Below are positions 52,671 to 64,000 of a DNA stretch of 64,000 nucleotides, piece by piece. The DNA is taken from the NCBI RefSeq assembly GCF_004010195.1, contig NC_057758.1, positions 7,747,510 through 7,811,509 of the forward strand. The letters are read 5' to 3'. The notes under the pieces are model-generated. The model was not told the origin of the DNA. It did not search any database and saw only the letters and a list, made by a program, of their open reading frames with translations. The translations under genes were made by a program, and so were the position numbers. Origin of the DNA: Chiloscyllium plagiosum (Eukaryota). Positions within the stretch are counted from its first letter, which is position 1, and every line of letters begins with the position of its first letter.

Positions 52671-52719
52671 TTTAGATTGACGGGACATCATACTATATTT
52701 AATTTTCGTTTACTTGATT

Positions 52720-54700
52720 TTATGTTGTTTTATTTTATTTATTATTGTCACATGCATCAAGGTACAGTGAAACCTTTTGTTTTGAGAGCATTGCAGGCAC
52801 ATCATACCGTGCCAAATCGTATTAGCGTAATAGAACGACTTATGAATGCAATGTTACAGCTGCAAAGAAGACCCACAAACAGCGAGATGAATATTATATT
52901 TACAATTTGAGATTTCGATTCAGAAGTCTAATAACAGTGAAGAAGAAGCCATGTTTAATTTGTTGGTTTGTGTATTAAAGCTTTTGCATCTTCTGCCAGA
53001 TGAAAGAGTTTGCAAGGGATTATAACCAGGAAAAGGGGGAATTCGATTATGTAGCCTGCCTTCCCGTGGCTGATGGAAATGTAGGTCAGACCAATGTAAG
53101 GAAGATTGGCTAACCTGCTCGACTGGGCTGTCTTCACTACTCTGTAGTTTCTTATGGTCCTGGGCAGAGCAGTTGACATACCAAGCCGTGATGCCATCGG
53201 ATAGAATTCTTTCCGTGATACATCTAAAAAAATTGGTAAGGTTTTTATGGACATGCCGAATTTCCTTACACTACCAAGGATGTAGAGGCGTTGTGGTAGT
53301 TTCTTGACTGTACGTGCTTGAAGCAGGACACAGTTTTGGTGACCATCAGTCTGAGGTGTGTGACACTCACGACCATCTCCAACTCAGCACCATAGATGAA
53401 GGGAAGGACGTGCCCTCCACCTTGGGTCTGAAGTCAATGACCAGCTCTTTCCTTTTGCTAACTTTTTGAGAGAGGTTGTGTTCTTTACACCATGCCACCT
53501 AGGACTCAAACTCTGTCCTGTCTTCTGTCTCGCCCTTGTTTGTGACTCGATTCACAATGGTGTTGTCGCCAGAAAACTTGTAGATGGATGTTAGGACGTG
53601 GGTTAATCACACAGACATCAGTGCACGAAGAACATAGTGAAGGGCTGAGGGTGCAGCCTTGCGGGGTGCTGGTGTTCAGGATTATCGACAAGGCCTTGTT
53701 GCCTATTCTCACTCATTGTGGTCTGTGGGCCAGGAAGTCGAGCCTCCAGTTGTGAGGGAGGGGCGGAGACCTAGTTCTCGCAGGTAGGAGATTAGTTTGG
53801 TTGGAGTTCTGGTGTTGAAGTTGGAGCTGAAGACAATAACAAGGAGACTGAGATTTGTATCCTATCTTATCCAGAATTTGGAAGGATCAGTCTGGGGCCA
53901 GAATGACCGTGTCTGCTGTTCTGAAAGTAGTTACATTTCATGGGATCAAGGCAGACTGGGAGAATAGATTTGATTGAGCCTTGACTAAACCTTTCAAGCA
54001 CTTCACTACCATGGAGGTCAGAGCCACCCAGCAGTATTGATTACGATATAGTACATGTGTTTCATTTCGCACGGGGATGCTGATCGTCTCCTTGAACCAA
54101 GTGGGAATTTCATATCATAGTAAGGAGAGGTTAATGATGTCGGCGAATTCTCCCACCAGTTCTCCCACCAGTACGCACAGGATATGAGTGCACGACCCGG
54201 AACACAATCTGGTCCAATCGATTTCAGTAATTTCACTCTCAAATAGGCCAATTTGACCTCTGGAGTGGTAACCAAAGGAACGAGTATATCTGAGATTGTA
54301 GGATCAGGTGACATAATTTCCCTGACCAGTTCAAAACGCGAGTTAACTCCATTGAGCGCTTCAAAGAGGAAGAGACGTTGTGCACGAATTTGCTCTGCTT
54401 CGTTTTGTAGGCCATTATGCCATTTAAGCCTTGCTATAAATGCATGTCCGTATGATTAATTTCGTTCTTTAGCTTAGTCTGGTTTTGCATCATGACGTCT
54501 TGAATGTCGTTACGGAGGTCGTATCTGGTGTTCCTGTAAACGTCAGGATCATCTGACATGAACACCAATCACCTGAACTTCGGCACACAATGGAGTTCCC
54601 GGTTCATCCATGGTTTCCAGTTGTGGTACGTTCGAATTAACTTCTGTGACAACAACCTTCTACACACGTGTCAGTTAAACCGGTAATGGCAGAGAGAACT
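52720..54700 (-). mobile_element. Rex1/Babar-clade LINE, decayed RT and 3' end
   Basis: IILNTSTPQGCTLSP, KFSGDNT and GPDCVPGRAL; A-rich 3' tail at ~52720-52745. Confidence 0.75.
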
Positions 54701-54874
54701 AAAACAAGTAAAAGTCACGGTTGAAACTGGAAACTCTCTCTCTTTCTTTCCATCTTTCAGACATTGTTACCAGTAAGCAATTTATGCTAAGGAATATGTT
54801 TATTGGGACTGTTGCAAGAATTTTCGGTACAGAATCTTTAAGTTGGATTTGTAATGGATAAGTTATTCACTATC

Positions 54875-56115
54875 CTATGTTGAAATGTTGGGCCACAGGG
54901 CGGTGGGGTTGATTGTTGCGGGTGTCCCGGAAATATTCCCTAATGCACTCCGCTCGAAGGCATCCAGTCTCCCCAATGTAAATGAGACGCATCGAGCGCA
55001 ACAAATACAGTAAATAATATTGGTGGATGTGCAGGTGAAACTTTGATGGATGTGAAGGCTCCTTTGGGACGTTGCCTGGAGGTGAGGGAGGAGGTATGGG
55101 CGCAGGTTTTGCAGTATTGCAAACCACATCATCCGACGACAATTCCATCACGTCCAAATGGACCCAACCACCAGGGATACATTTCCCTGCCCAATAATTT
55201 CCACTTTCCGCAAAGACCGCTCCCTTAGTGACTACCTGTCAGGTCCAAGTCCCCCAACAACCCACCCTCCCTTCCTTGCACAATCCTGTGCCACCGGAGG
55301 AATTGCAAAACCTGCACCACACCTCCTCCCTCACCTCCATCCAAGGCCCCAAAGGAGCCCTGCACATCCATTAACTTTTCACCTGCACATACACCCATAT
55401 CATTTATTGTATCCGTTGCTCCTGCTGCGGTATCATCCACATTGGGGAGACTGGACGCCTCCGAGCTGAGGGCTTTAGGGAACATCTCCGGGACACCCGC
55501 ACCAAACAACCTCACCGCCCTGTGGCCCAACATTTCAGATCCTCATCCTACTCTGCCGAGGACAAGCAGGTCCTGGACCTCCTCCAACGCCGCTCCCTTA
55601 CCACCCGACGCCTGGAGGAAGTACGCCTCATCTTCCGCCTCAGAACACTTCAACCCCATGGCATCAATGTGGATTTCAAGAGTTTCCTCATTTCCCCTTC
55701 CTCCACCTGATCCCAGTTCCAGCCTTCCTGCTCAGCACCGCCCTGATGGCCTGTCCTACCTGTCTATCTTCCTTTTCACCTATCCACTCCACCCTCCTCT
55801 CTGATCTATCACCTTCATCCCCATCCCATTCACCCATTGTAATCTTTGCTACCTTCCCCTACCCTCGTTTCTGACCTATCACCTCCATCCCCACCCCCAT
55901 TCACCTATTGTACTCTATGCTACTTTGTCCCCACCCCCCCCCCACTCTCATTTATCTCTCCACTCTGCATGCACCCTGCCTCTATTCCTGATGAAGGGCT
56001 TTTGCCAGAAACGTCAATTTTCCTGCTCTTCGGATGCTACCTGACCTGCGGTGCTTTTCCATCACCACTCTAATCTAGACTCTGTGTTTCCAGCATCTGC
56101 AGTCGTTGTTTTACC
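54875..56115 (+). mobile_element. Penelope-like element 3' part: GIY-YIG endonuclease remnant and hammerhead-bearing end, with an inverted 5' copy (54875-55125, minus)
   Basis: FTCTSTNIIYCICCARC...IYIGETG...PVAQHFN on both strands; RRLEEVRLIFRLRTLQPHGINVDF; cctgatgaagggcttttgccagaaacgtc at 55987-56015. Confidence 0.88.
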
Positions 56116-59100
56116 TCAAAATATTTATATCAATGAGTTTGATCAAATGGATAAATTTGGAGTTGCAAGTCATTCGTTAACTGTGACGTCAGTTGGAAAC
56201 TATACCTTCCTCTCTTCACTGGTGAGCTGTAATGTTTGTAAGACAGATGACGAGTGGGGAGAGAAAACGCAGGTATCTGAGAGATGAAAATATTCGTGTG
56301 TAAAGTACAGAGAACCAAATAAAACAAAAGGAGTGAATACTAAGGAACCTTGGGATAAGATAGAGACGTACATATTTAGGGATGTACAGATACACATTTA
56401 AATTCAGATTATTAAGGAAGTTTGCAATTCAAGATTCTGGTTAATGTGTGGGAGTGAGAGATAAGGAGACAATGAAAATGTGTTTCCAGTTTTTTTGATA
56501 AACTGAAAATGTCAAAATGAAAATAAAGCAGACGGAAGAGAGGAGGGAGATCATCAGAAAGGACAAGTGAGGGACATAAATATTGAGAGTGTGAAGAGGT
56601 GGAAATGAAAGTTTCAAAGTGAGGAAACACATAAAAATCGTACAAAGGGATACTTGAACGACTGTGGGCAAACTTGGAAAACGATATTGCGACAAAGTAA
56701 GTTTCACAAAAAAGGAAAAGGAATGAGCTAGTCTAAGACTGCTGGCAGCTTGAAAGATAAACATCATGGTTGGAAACACGAGCCCAGAAATATATGCGTC
56801 TAAAATCACAGATGGTTGTACGTGCTGCATGGCATTACTGAGATTGCGGTAATTGAACACGTTGGAAAAGTTTGCATGCAAAGTGAACAATTCAACTGAC
56901 CTGCTGGATCGTGTGTTAATTATTAAAAATAATTGCGTTACGTGCACGTTGCTTGCCAGTCTGGAGGTCCTTGCAGAAACAGGGAGAATATACAGCTAAT
57001 GAAAAAAATTGGCATATAGAATGTTTTCAATCTGTGGGTAGTTAAAATAAAGGAAGGTGGATTCCAGAGAAATGATTACGAGGTAATAGCATTTATATTT
57101 AGATTATCATTTAGATTTAGATTTTATTTCCACGTATACACAAGTATGGAGAACAATAGTACAGCGAATAGTGTGTAATGTCACCATACACGGCGCCACT
57201 TCAGCTAAAAATATCCAGTTTACGAAATAGAAAAACTTAAGAAGCAAGTTAAAATGTTCAACACTTTAGTCTATTTACATATCAGCAGAAATATAAAACA
57301 ATGAAATTAACATATCAATATACATTATTTCATGATTTGTGGTTTCACAGCCTGGATGGTTTTACCGTAGTTGAAAGGGTATAATATGAGAGAACAAATT
57401 CGGTGTAGATAGAATTTGAGGACATGAGCCTGGACGTGGTCATGGAAGCAAGGAGATAGACGGAGCAGGAATATAGAAAGCACAAACATGGAAGACGTCT
57501 TCCAGCGGGAATTCCAGTCCGAGGGCGATCATTGTTCAATCTCACCCCGAGATACCGTCGAACTGTTTCTCCAGTTGTCTTTTATCTATTATTCCACTCT
57601 CTTCATTTGATTTTGCTATTGTTACTTTCCTAAGACGAAAAGGAGACTTGTGCAGAACAAAAACACTAAACAACGATATGCTTTGCCTCATATCTCAAAC
57701 CCTATTTAATTGACAGAGTTCATCATATCAGTATTTTTTTTTCTGTTGCACTGAATACTTGGAAACAGATTGTTATTCTTTACACATTAAAAACCAAACA
57801 ATAGATATTTATGGATCTCTATAAATTGCATTACAGTCCAGAAGATGAAACAATTATACTTAAAAATTACTCTAGTACAGAGCTTACGTTTAGACAATTC
57901 CTGTATCTCGAATATACCAGTGCGAGGGGAAAACTGAAGGATATATTTATTGACAAGAGATAACACCGAGTAGTATAGCGTATCGGTCTTAATCAAACAT
58001 GGAAGTCTTACTTGAACACCAAATATATCTCTTTCCAACTTCTGATTGTGGAGCTGATCATCATGCAATGTCGAGATTAAATTTGCAATTCCATGTTGTA
58101 CTTCGCTCTCAAATGAAAAGAATCAGCGTCACATGATTTCAGACTTCAAACTTCTGCATCAATTTTTTTTATTATATTAGAATAATGACTGAACATACAT
58201 CTTGATTTTTGTGTCATTAAATTATATCAACCATCGTATGATATTTCCATATTACAGGACAGATGCAGAAATGCCACAGGTTAATAAATGTAGGAAACAC
58301 TAAGATGTTGGAGAATGTTTCAGAGATTGAAAGTATTGTCGTTCCAAAGCAGGTTATCGAAGTATTGAAAACTACTTTTAAGCGGTGATTTATAAGAGGT
58401 AGTTACTTTCGTTTGGATTCTGATGCTTCACAAGGCCAGAAAAGGCTATTGTGACTGGTAGCATTGTGAATTAAGGAGCATTTTGCTGCAATAGGATGTT
58501 ATCGTTTTAGTGAATGGTGTACCTGTCAGATAATGTTTTGGATAGCAGGAAGTTGTAACAGCTGAATAAGGGTTCCGTTAAAAGTAGTGTCGAATTCATG
58601 GAGAATGCTTACACACGGAAGAGCACTTTAAAATCAAAGTGAAGCGAGAAAAAATGCCATTCACTCAGCAATCATAATTGCCATAAGTTAGACAATAGCA
58701 GAGAAACCAATAGTGTGTTGAAACCTTTAGTAGAGAGGGCAGAACAAAATGATTTTCGATTTAAGTGACTTGAACGATTGGTTGGAGACGTGAAGTCTTC
58801 AGATTGATTTCAGTCGAAATTCTTCTCAGTCTCAAGTGTTAGCCTCTGTTTGGGAACACTGGAGAGAGTTTCAGGAAACGGATGGTATATGGAGGCATAC
58901 ACGTTCCTTGCCACAGATACCAGTTGTTGCCTGTAGGCACTTCTCCATGGCGTGTGAAGGGTTTCGAGCATTACACGAATGAGAACCTTAATTATTTTAA
59001 ACAGTGTTATTGCCATTGGTGGAATAAATTTCCCAGCTTCTACAGTTCCTAGTGTTTGGAAGAACCAAAATATTCTGACTTTTCTAGATGTGAACAGTTG

Positions 59101-59479
59101 TGAATCCAGCCATTGGAATTGGAGAAGATGTTGTGGAACCTGTTTTTTCATACTGCTCCAGTGGAAGCTGCGACTGTGTTCCTATCTGGTTTCTTCAATG
59201 TTCCGAGGTCAGCACTTATCCTGGTTTCATTGCGTTTCTGTTCTTTCAAATTTACAGTGAACTTCGACTTGTCATCCAATCATGATTTATTGACCTTGGT
59301 ACACTTCAATGTGGCAAACACATATCCTGATTTGAAACTTTCTGTGGTCCCCTTCTGACTGATAATTCTTTCCAATTGCTCCCAACTCCAGCAATTTTGT
59401 TCTCTCAAAATCGTTTTGTCTGCTCTCTCAAGAAAGTGCACATAATATTTCAATAGGAGGAAACGATAAAGTGATACAT

Positions 59480-59630
59480 GATGCCTCTCGACAGATGTAT
59501 GTACGGGCATAGAGCAGAGGAATACACATCCTCAGAAAATAGGCCACAGTTTGAAATAGAGGAATTGGATTGGGGCAGGCTTGGAGCGCTGAATGGCCTG
59601 TTCCTGTGCTATAATTTTCTTTTCTATTTG
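59480..59630 (+). mobile_element. CR1 3' UTR tail
   Basis: aggcttggagcgctgaatggcctgttcctgtgctataattttcttttc resembles 34200-34260. Confidence 0.7.
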
Positions 59631-59799
59631 TATTATGAGTCATGTAGCTTTTCTTTAGGTTGAATAGCGGATCACAGTCCTGGTGAAAAGTGCTTGGATT
59701 CGAATTGTGAACTCTGCATTCTTTCCAAAGTTGAGCTGAGACATGCTGATTTTCTCCTGCAATTTCCGGCTTTGTTTGAAATGGTTATTGAGCATGGGA

Positions 59800-59889
59800 T
59801 GGAAATGTGTTGCTGGAAAAGCGCAGCAGGTCAGGCAGCATCTCGGGAACAGGAGAATCGACGTTTCGGGCATTAGCCCTTCTTCAGGC
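59800..59889 (-). mobile_element. Short PLE end with an intact hammerhead core
   Basis: Minus strand C-CUGAAGA-A-GGGC-UAAU-GCCC-GAAA-CGUC-GA at 59888-59857. Confidence 0.8.
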
Positions 59890-61162
59890 ACGGGATCCGT
59901 TCAAACAAAAAAAAAATGAAACTAGCCGAGCTTGACCAGATGTTTCTATTGCATTGCATCAAGCTCTAGTTTGTGATTTGGAAATTGTTAATAAGTAGCA
60001 GCGTTCAGTGACTAATGCACTCATGCGTTTAAAGTCATCCTGCTTCCAATTGTGACTGGAAAGTCCACGTGGTACTGGAAAGAGAATGAAACAAACAGGC
60101 ATAGAATTGCGTCCTGAGCTGAAATGACATTCGAGAGCTCAAATGTACCATAAAGACGCTGATTTACGTTGAGAATTAACATCCATAACTTAATTAAATA
60201 TAATTCTTTTATTATAACACCAGTACGTCATAAAGTCTCAAATGCACTAATTAGTGTTGAAATCTCTGTGGTAGAACTCTGAAAATGAACAGCCAGACCT
60301 GATAACTGGTTTGTAAACTCACCTTCGAGCATACACACACACAATAGTTCAGACGGTCTGTGGCTTTTTTGCAACAGGTTTGGAGTTGTGGGCACGATGT
60401 GGGCAAAGTACGAAAAAGGTTGAAAATGTTGCTGCAGTGTGTTCTCACATATTTCCGTCGCTAATGTCCACATCCTTCTACCACTTTTTCTCCAAATTCA
60501 CATTTTTGCACATGACTCACATCTGTCGCCCATTATATTTCGACACATCCCACTTATGTTGTTTTCCACCATTCTCTGCTTTCTTGTCATGTCATTGTTT
60601 TCAGAAGTAGTTAATTTCTGAAAGTTTAAAAGCTCAAATATACTGTTAATCTCATTTAAAAGCATCGTCTCTCAGGCTTGAAGGCTCTTGCCCTTCTGCT
60701 CTGTTGTTCACTGTTACACCACAGTTAGTTCTCTCTCGCACGGTCTGCAACTCTTTAAATCTCCCTCGGTGTCTCCTCTCTCTTGTTTTCAATCCACTGT
60801 TCACTGTATCTCCCTCAATGGTATCTCTCTGTCTCTATCTCTGTTCCCCCAAAACCCACCTCACTTTCTTTCTGAAAGGAAAGACAATGTCTTTCAGACA
60901 CAAAAAGTAAGAAATAACAGCAAGGGGGGAAGGGGAAACGGGTAATAGAGGGTAAATGCAGGGAAACAGAAACGACGTTTTAGATGTCCAAGAAAGCAGA
61001 ATTGAGACAGGGGATGAGAGACCAATTTCACCAAAGAATGCAAACTGAAATATAAACGAAAGAAAATGTGAAATTCCTGCCATCTCTCGATGCATTTTCA
61101 CAATCCGTCTCTCACATCAATTACAAAACCATGCTCGTCGGCTATTGTAAGGCTGGTCGGCG

Positions 61163-61166
<4 letters not shown>

Positions 61167-61198
<32 letters not shown>
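61167..61198 (+). repeat. (CA)n microsatellite
   Basis: Seen directly in the sequence. Confidence 0.97.
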
Positions 61199-61200
<2 letters not shown>

Positions 61201-61964
61201 TGGACATCAATGTGGTTAATGAATGCATCTTTTTCAGGCATTCCTGTACATATCCTGAGGACTGTCTTTCAACGAAGCATTCTCCCACCCCAGAATTTCG
61301 GATTCTTCATGAAGCTCCAAGACTTTTCCATCTGGACCCTACATCACTCAGCTATGCAACACAGCAGAAGTTTTCTTTGAAACATTCTCATTGGCTGGAA
61401 AGTCCAGGAGTTAAATAGTTTACCCCAGAGGGGCCTCGAACTTTCACATTTCGCTCTACTAACTAACTCTTAGAGAAAACACAATGAGTGCATTTCCAAT
61501 TCTACTCTTTGTCTGAAGTTGACTTTTCAAATTTGCGACTCCTTTCATCAGGACTGAACCCGTTTGAAGTGTTCACGGTGGAGATTATAGTTCAAGGTAA
61601 GCATTGCAGGCACACTGTTGCATTTTCCAGGGAAAGATATAAAACAGAAGTCCTGAGTCCCGAGTCCTGTGCTCAGCAGCACAATCAACATTCATTCTCA
61701 GCTCCTTCCCAATGCAGGGTGGGAAACGTCTCTCTAATGGATACTCTGCCTTTTCCAAGCCAATTACAGCAGGTTTATGTATTTTGCATTGGAAGTATTT
61801 ACATGCAGCATTGATGTCATTGTTAGCCACATTTCCTTAATCTACACATTCAATCCTGTGAACACACAATCAATGATGGACAACACGACGGGAACCCCTC
61901 AGTCCTCCCATGAACCTTGCAGTCATAAACTTGTCTTTTGGGTGTTGCAAGAGATCTCATTTAT

Positions 61965-62190
61965 TCCAAATCATTCAATGTGGAATGCGCATGGAATTAG
62001 CTGCCAGTAGAAGTGGTTGAGGCAGATACATTAACAATATTTAACATTCATTTGGACAAAAACATGGACATGAAATATTTAGAATAATATGGGCTAAATG
62101 CAGGGACGGAGGGTGAGCGTGGACGGAAGTTTCGTTCATCATGGAGCAGTTTGGGCCTGTCAGCAAGCGGTAGGACTCCATGACTCGATA
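61965..62190 (+). mobile_element. CR1 3' end fragment
   Basis: tggaatta/gctgccagtagaagtggttgaggcag...catttggacaaaaacatgga. Confidence 0.65.
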
Positions 62191-62782
62191 ATGTTCTGAC
62201 TTCTCCGTTATTTGCCTTTAAACTGGGTGTTTATTTAACACTAAAGACTCCTTTGAACACCGTGTTGTAATTTATATGTCGCATTAAATTTAATTCAGAT
62301 GATTTCAAAGATTGGTAATCGCTACTATGTTTATAAAGATTTTTGTGAAGATTAACTCGAACAAAAAGCGACCTTAGTCTGTGGCAAGGTTGATGAACTG
62401 GGAACAGATTCTCATTCACGTAGCCCTGAGAGAGCAAATACCCACAGTTTGTCTGTCTTGAAGCTACAATTATCGACTTCTGTCGTTTTGTTTTGATAAT
62501 TCAGGGGATAAAGGTATCACTGGTTAGGGGGGAACAATTGTTTGTAACCATTCAAACTGTCTTGGGCATGTGAGTAATGGCAGAAGTTTATCGGAGCATG
62601 AACATGCTTTTCAGTTTATAAATGAAAACATGCAGCCTGTAACTACTGATAGCAGGCATTGCAATATGATTTAAAAAGAGAGAACTTTTAGAGTCCATAA
62701 TCTGAATAGAAAATGTGCCTTAGACAACGTGAGGTTATAACAGTCAAACGGCGTGTATATGTAAGAATGAAATGTAAGTAGG

Positions 62783-63070
62783 AGATAATGGGGACTGCAG
62801 ATGCTGGAGAATTCAGAGCTGATAGAGCAGGGCGGTGGAAAAGTCACAGTTGCTCATGCAGCATCCGAGGAGCAAGAGAGTCAATGATTCAGGGCAGCAC
62901 CCTTCTTTAGGACTGGGGAGAGGCAAGGGTCCTGAGAGATGAATGTGTTGGAGGGGTGTGGCTTAAAGAGAGGTAGACCATAAGTGAGTGAAGGTTGGAG
63001 GTGATCGTGATAGTTCGGTGTGGAGTGTGGAGTGGATAGGTGGGAAGGACGATGCACAGGTATTAATGCA
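62783..63070 (-). mobile_element. PLE 3' end, decayed
   Basis: ggactgcagatgctggaga...gcagcatccgaggagca...cccttctttagga, followed by a purine-rich stretch like 17020-17200. Confidence 0.7.
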
Positions 63071-64000
63071 AGTGAAACTCAATCTGCCACACCTCAGCCC
63101 AATGTGTGCTAATACCGATCCATCACCCTTCAGTTTTGAAAGATCTTCCCCTCTCAAGAAGCCCTACAAACACCAACCTTGATTTACCCAATCATCCAGA
63201 GCTTTATTGGCTTTGCATAGGTACAGGGAGGAGTGGGTGAGGAGAGGCCGGAAAGTAAGCAGGTGCATTTTATCAATTAATGATTTTAGGAAGAGGGGAG
63301 CCACATTCTTGAGGATGAAAATAGTGGCCGTGTTTTCTGGCCAGAAATGGTGCTATTTCGTCGTCTCTGGCATTCAGTATTGATAGCTATTCGAAATCCT
63401 TCATACTACAGATTTTATCTACAGGATTTCTTTCCCAAATATTGCAAACTAAATACACTAGCCATTTAAGCTGGAATTATAGCCAAGCAATTACAAATGT
63501 CCACAGTTTATCTCGAAGGCAGGGCATATACACTCATCTGTTTAGCAAAGAGAAATGTCCCTATGTAATTCAGTAATGTTTTCCAGAATTTAATAAATCG
63601 GTATAGAGCTGAAGCTGACACAGAAATTAATGGTCCAAAGTCTGTGCATGGTATAAGTCTTGTGTATTGTGTAGCACCCATGCCTCTGAGCCAGAAGTCA
63701 AGATTCGGTTCCAGAACATAAGCTTGTGATCGTGACTCTATCTCTGGAGCAGATGGTGTGGAATTAATTCTTGATGTCACAGAAGTGTTTCATAGCATGT
63801 CAGTCAGGTTGATGAACAAACACACAATATAATAATGTTGCAGCTTTCGGGCCGATTGCTGAATGACGGTGGTGTCCCTACCTCGAGGCCAAATGTTTGG
63901 ATTCGAATTCAACAGAGATCCATAATACATTTTATGCATTTCGATGCATTTCCCTTGCAATCGAGAATATCTGTGAGCATCTTTAATTGATAACACATTA

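Overview
Repeat-dense eukaryotic DNA, very probably from a cartilaginous fish (shark): it carries HE1-type V-SINEs, many CR1 LINEs, Penelope-like element (PLE) ends and GPR139-like receptor fragments. I find no intact protein-coding gene. Most of the window is decayed or nested CR1 LINEs, plus a Rex1/Babar LINE, a Gmr1-type Gypsy LTR remnant (LTR-PBS-gag-protease-integrase), a C2H2 zinc-finger pseudogene, two GPR139-like exon fragments, a degenerate 42-bp tandem array, a 1.2-kb local duplication and a 500-N assembly gap. The most striking signal is a set of more than 12 short PLE-derived ends carrying minimal hammerhead ribozyme cores (CUGANGA...GAAA). At least six of them form ~200-bp fold-back elements whose inversion point lies on the ribozyme, and one sits in a GPCR exon with a 10-bp target-site duplication. 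Weaker, speculative signals are a possible MHC class I-like exon pair near 45-46.5 kb and unexplained exon-like remnants at 9-10 kb and 56-62 kb. All family assignments are by eye, and most repeat boundaries are approximate.
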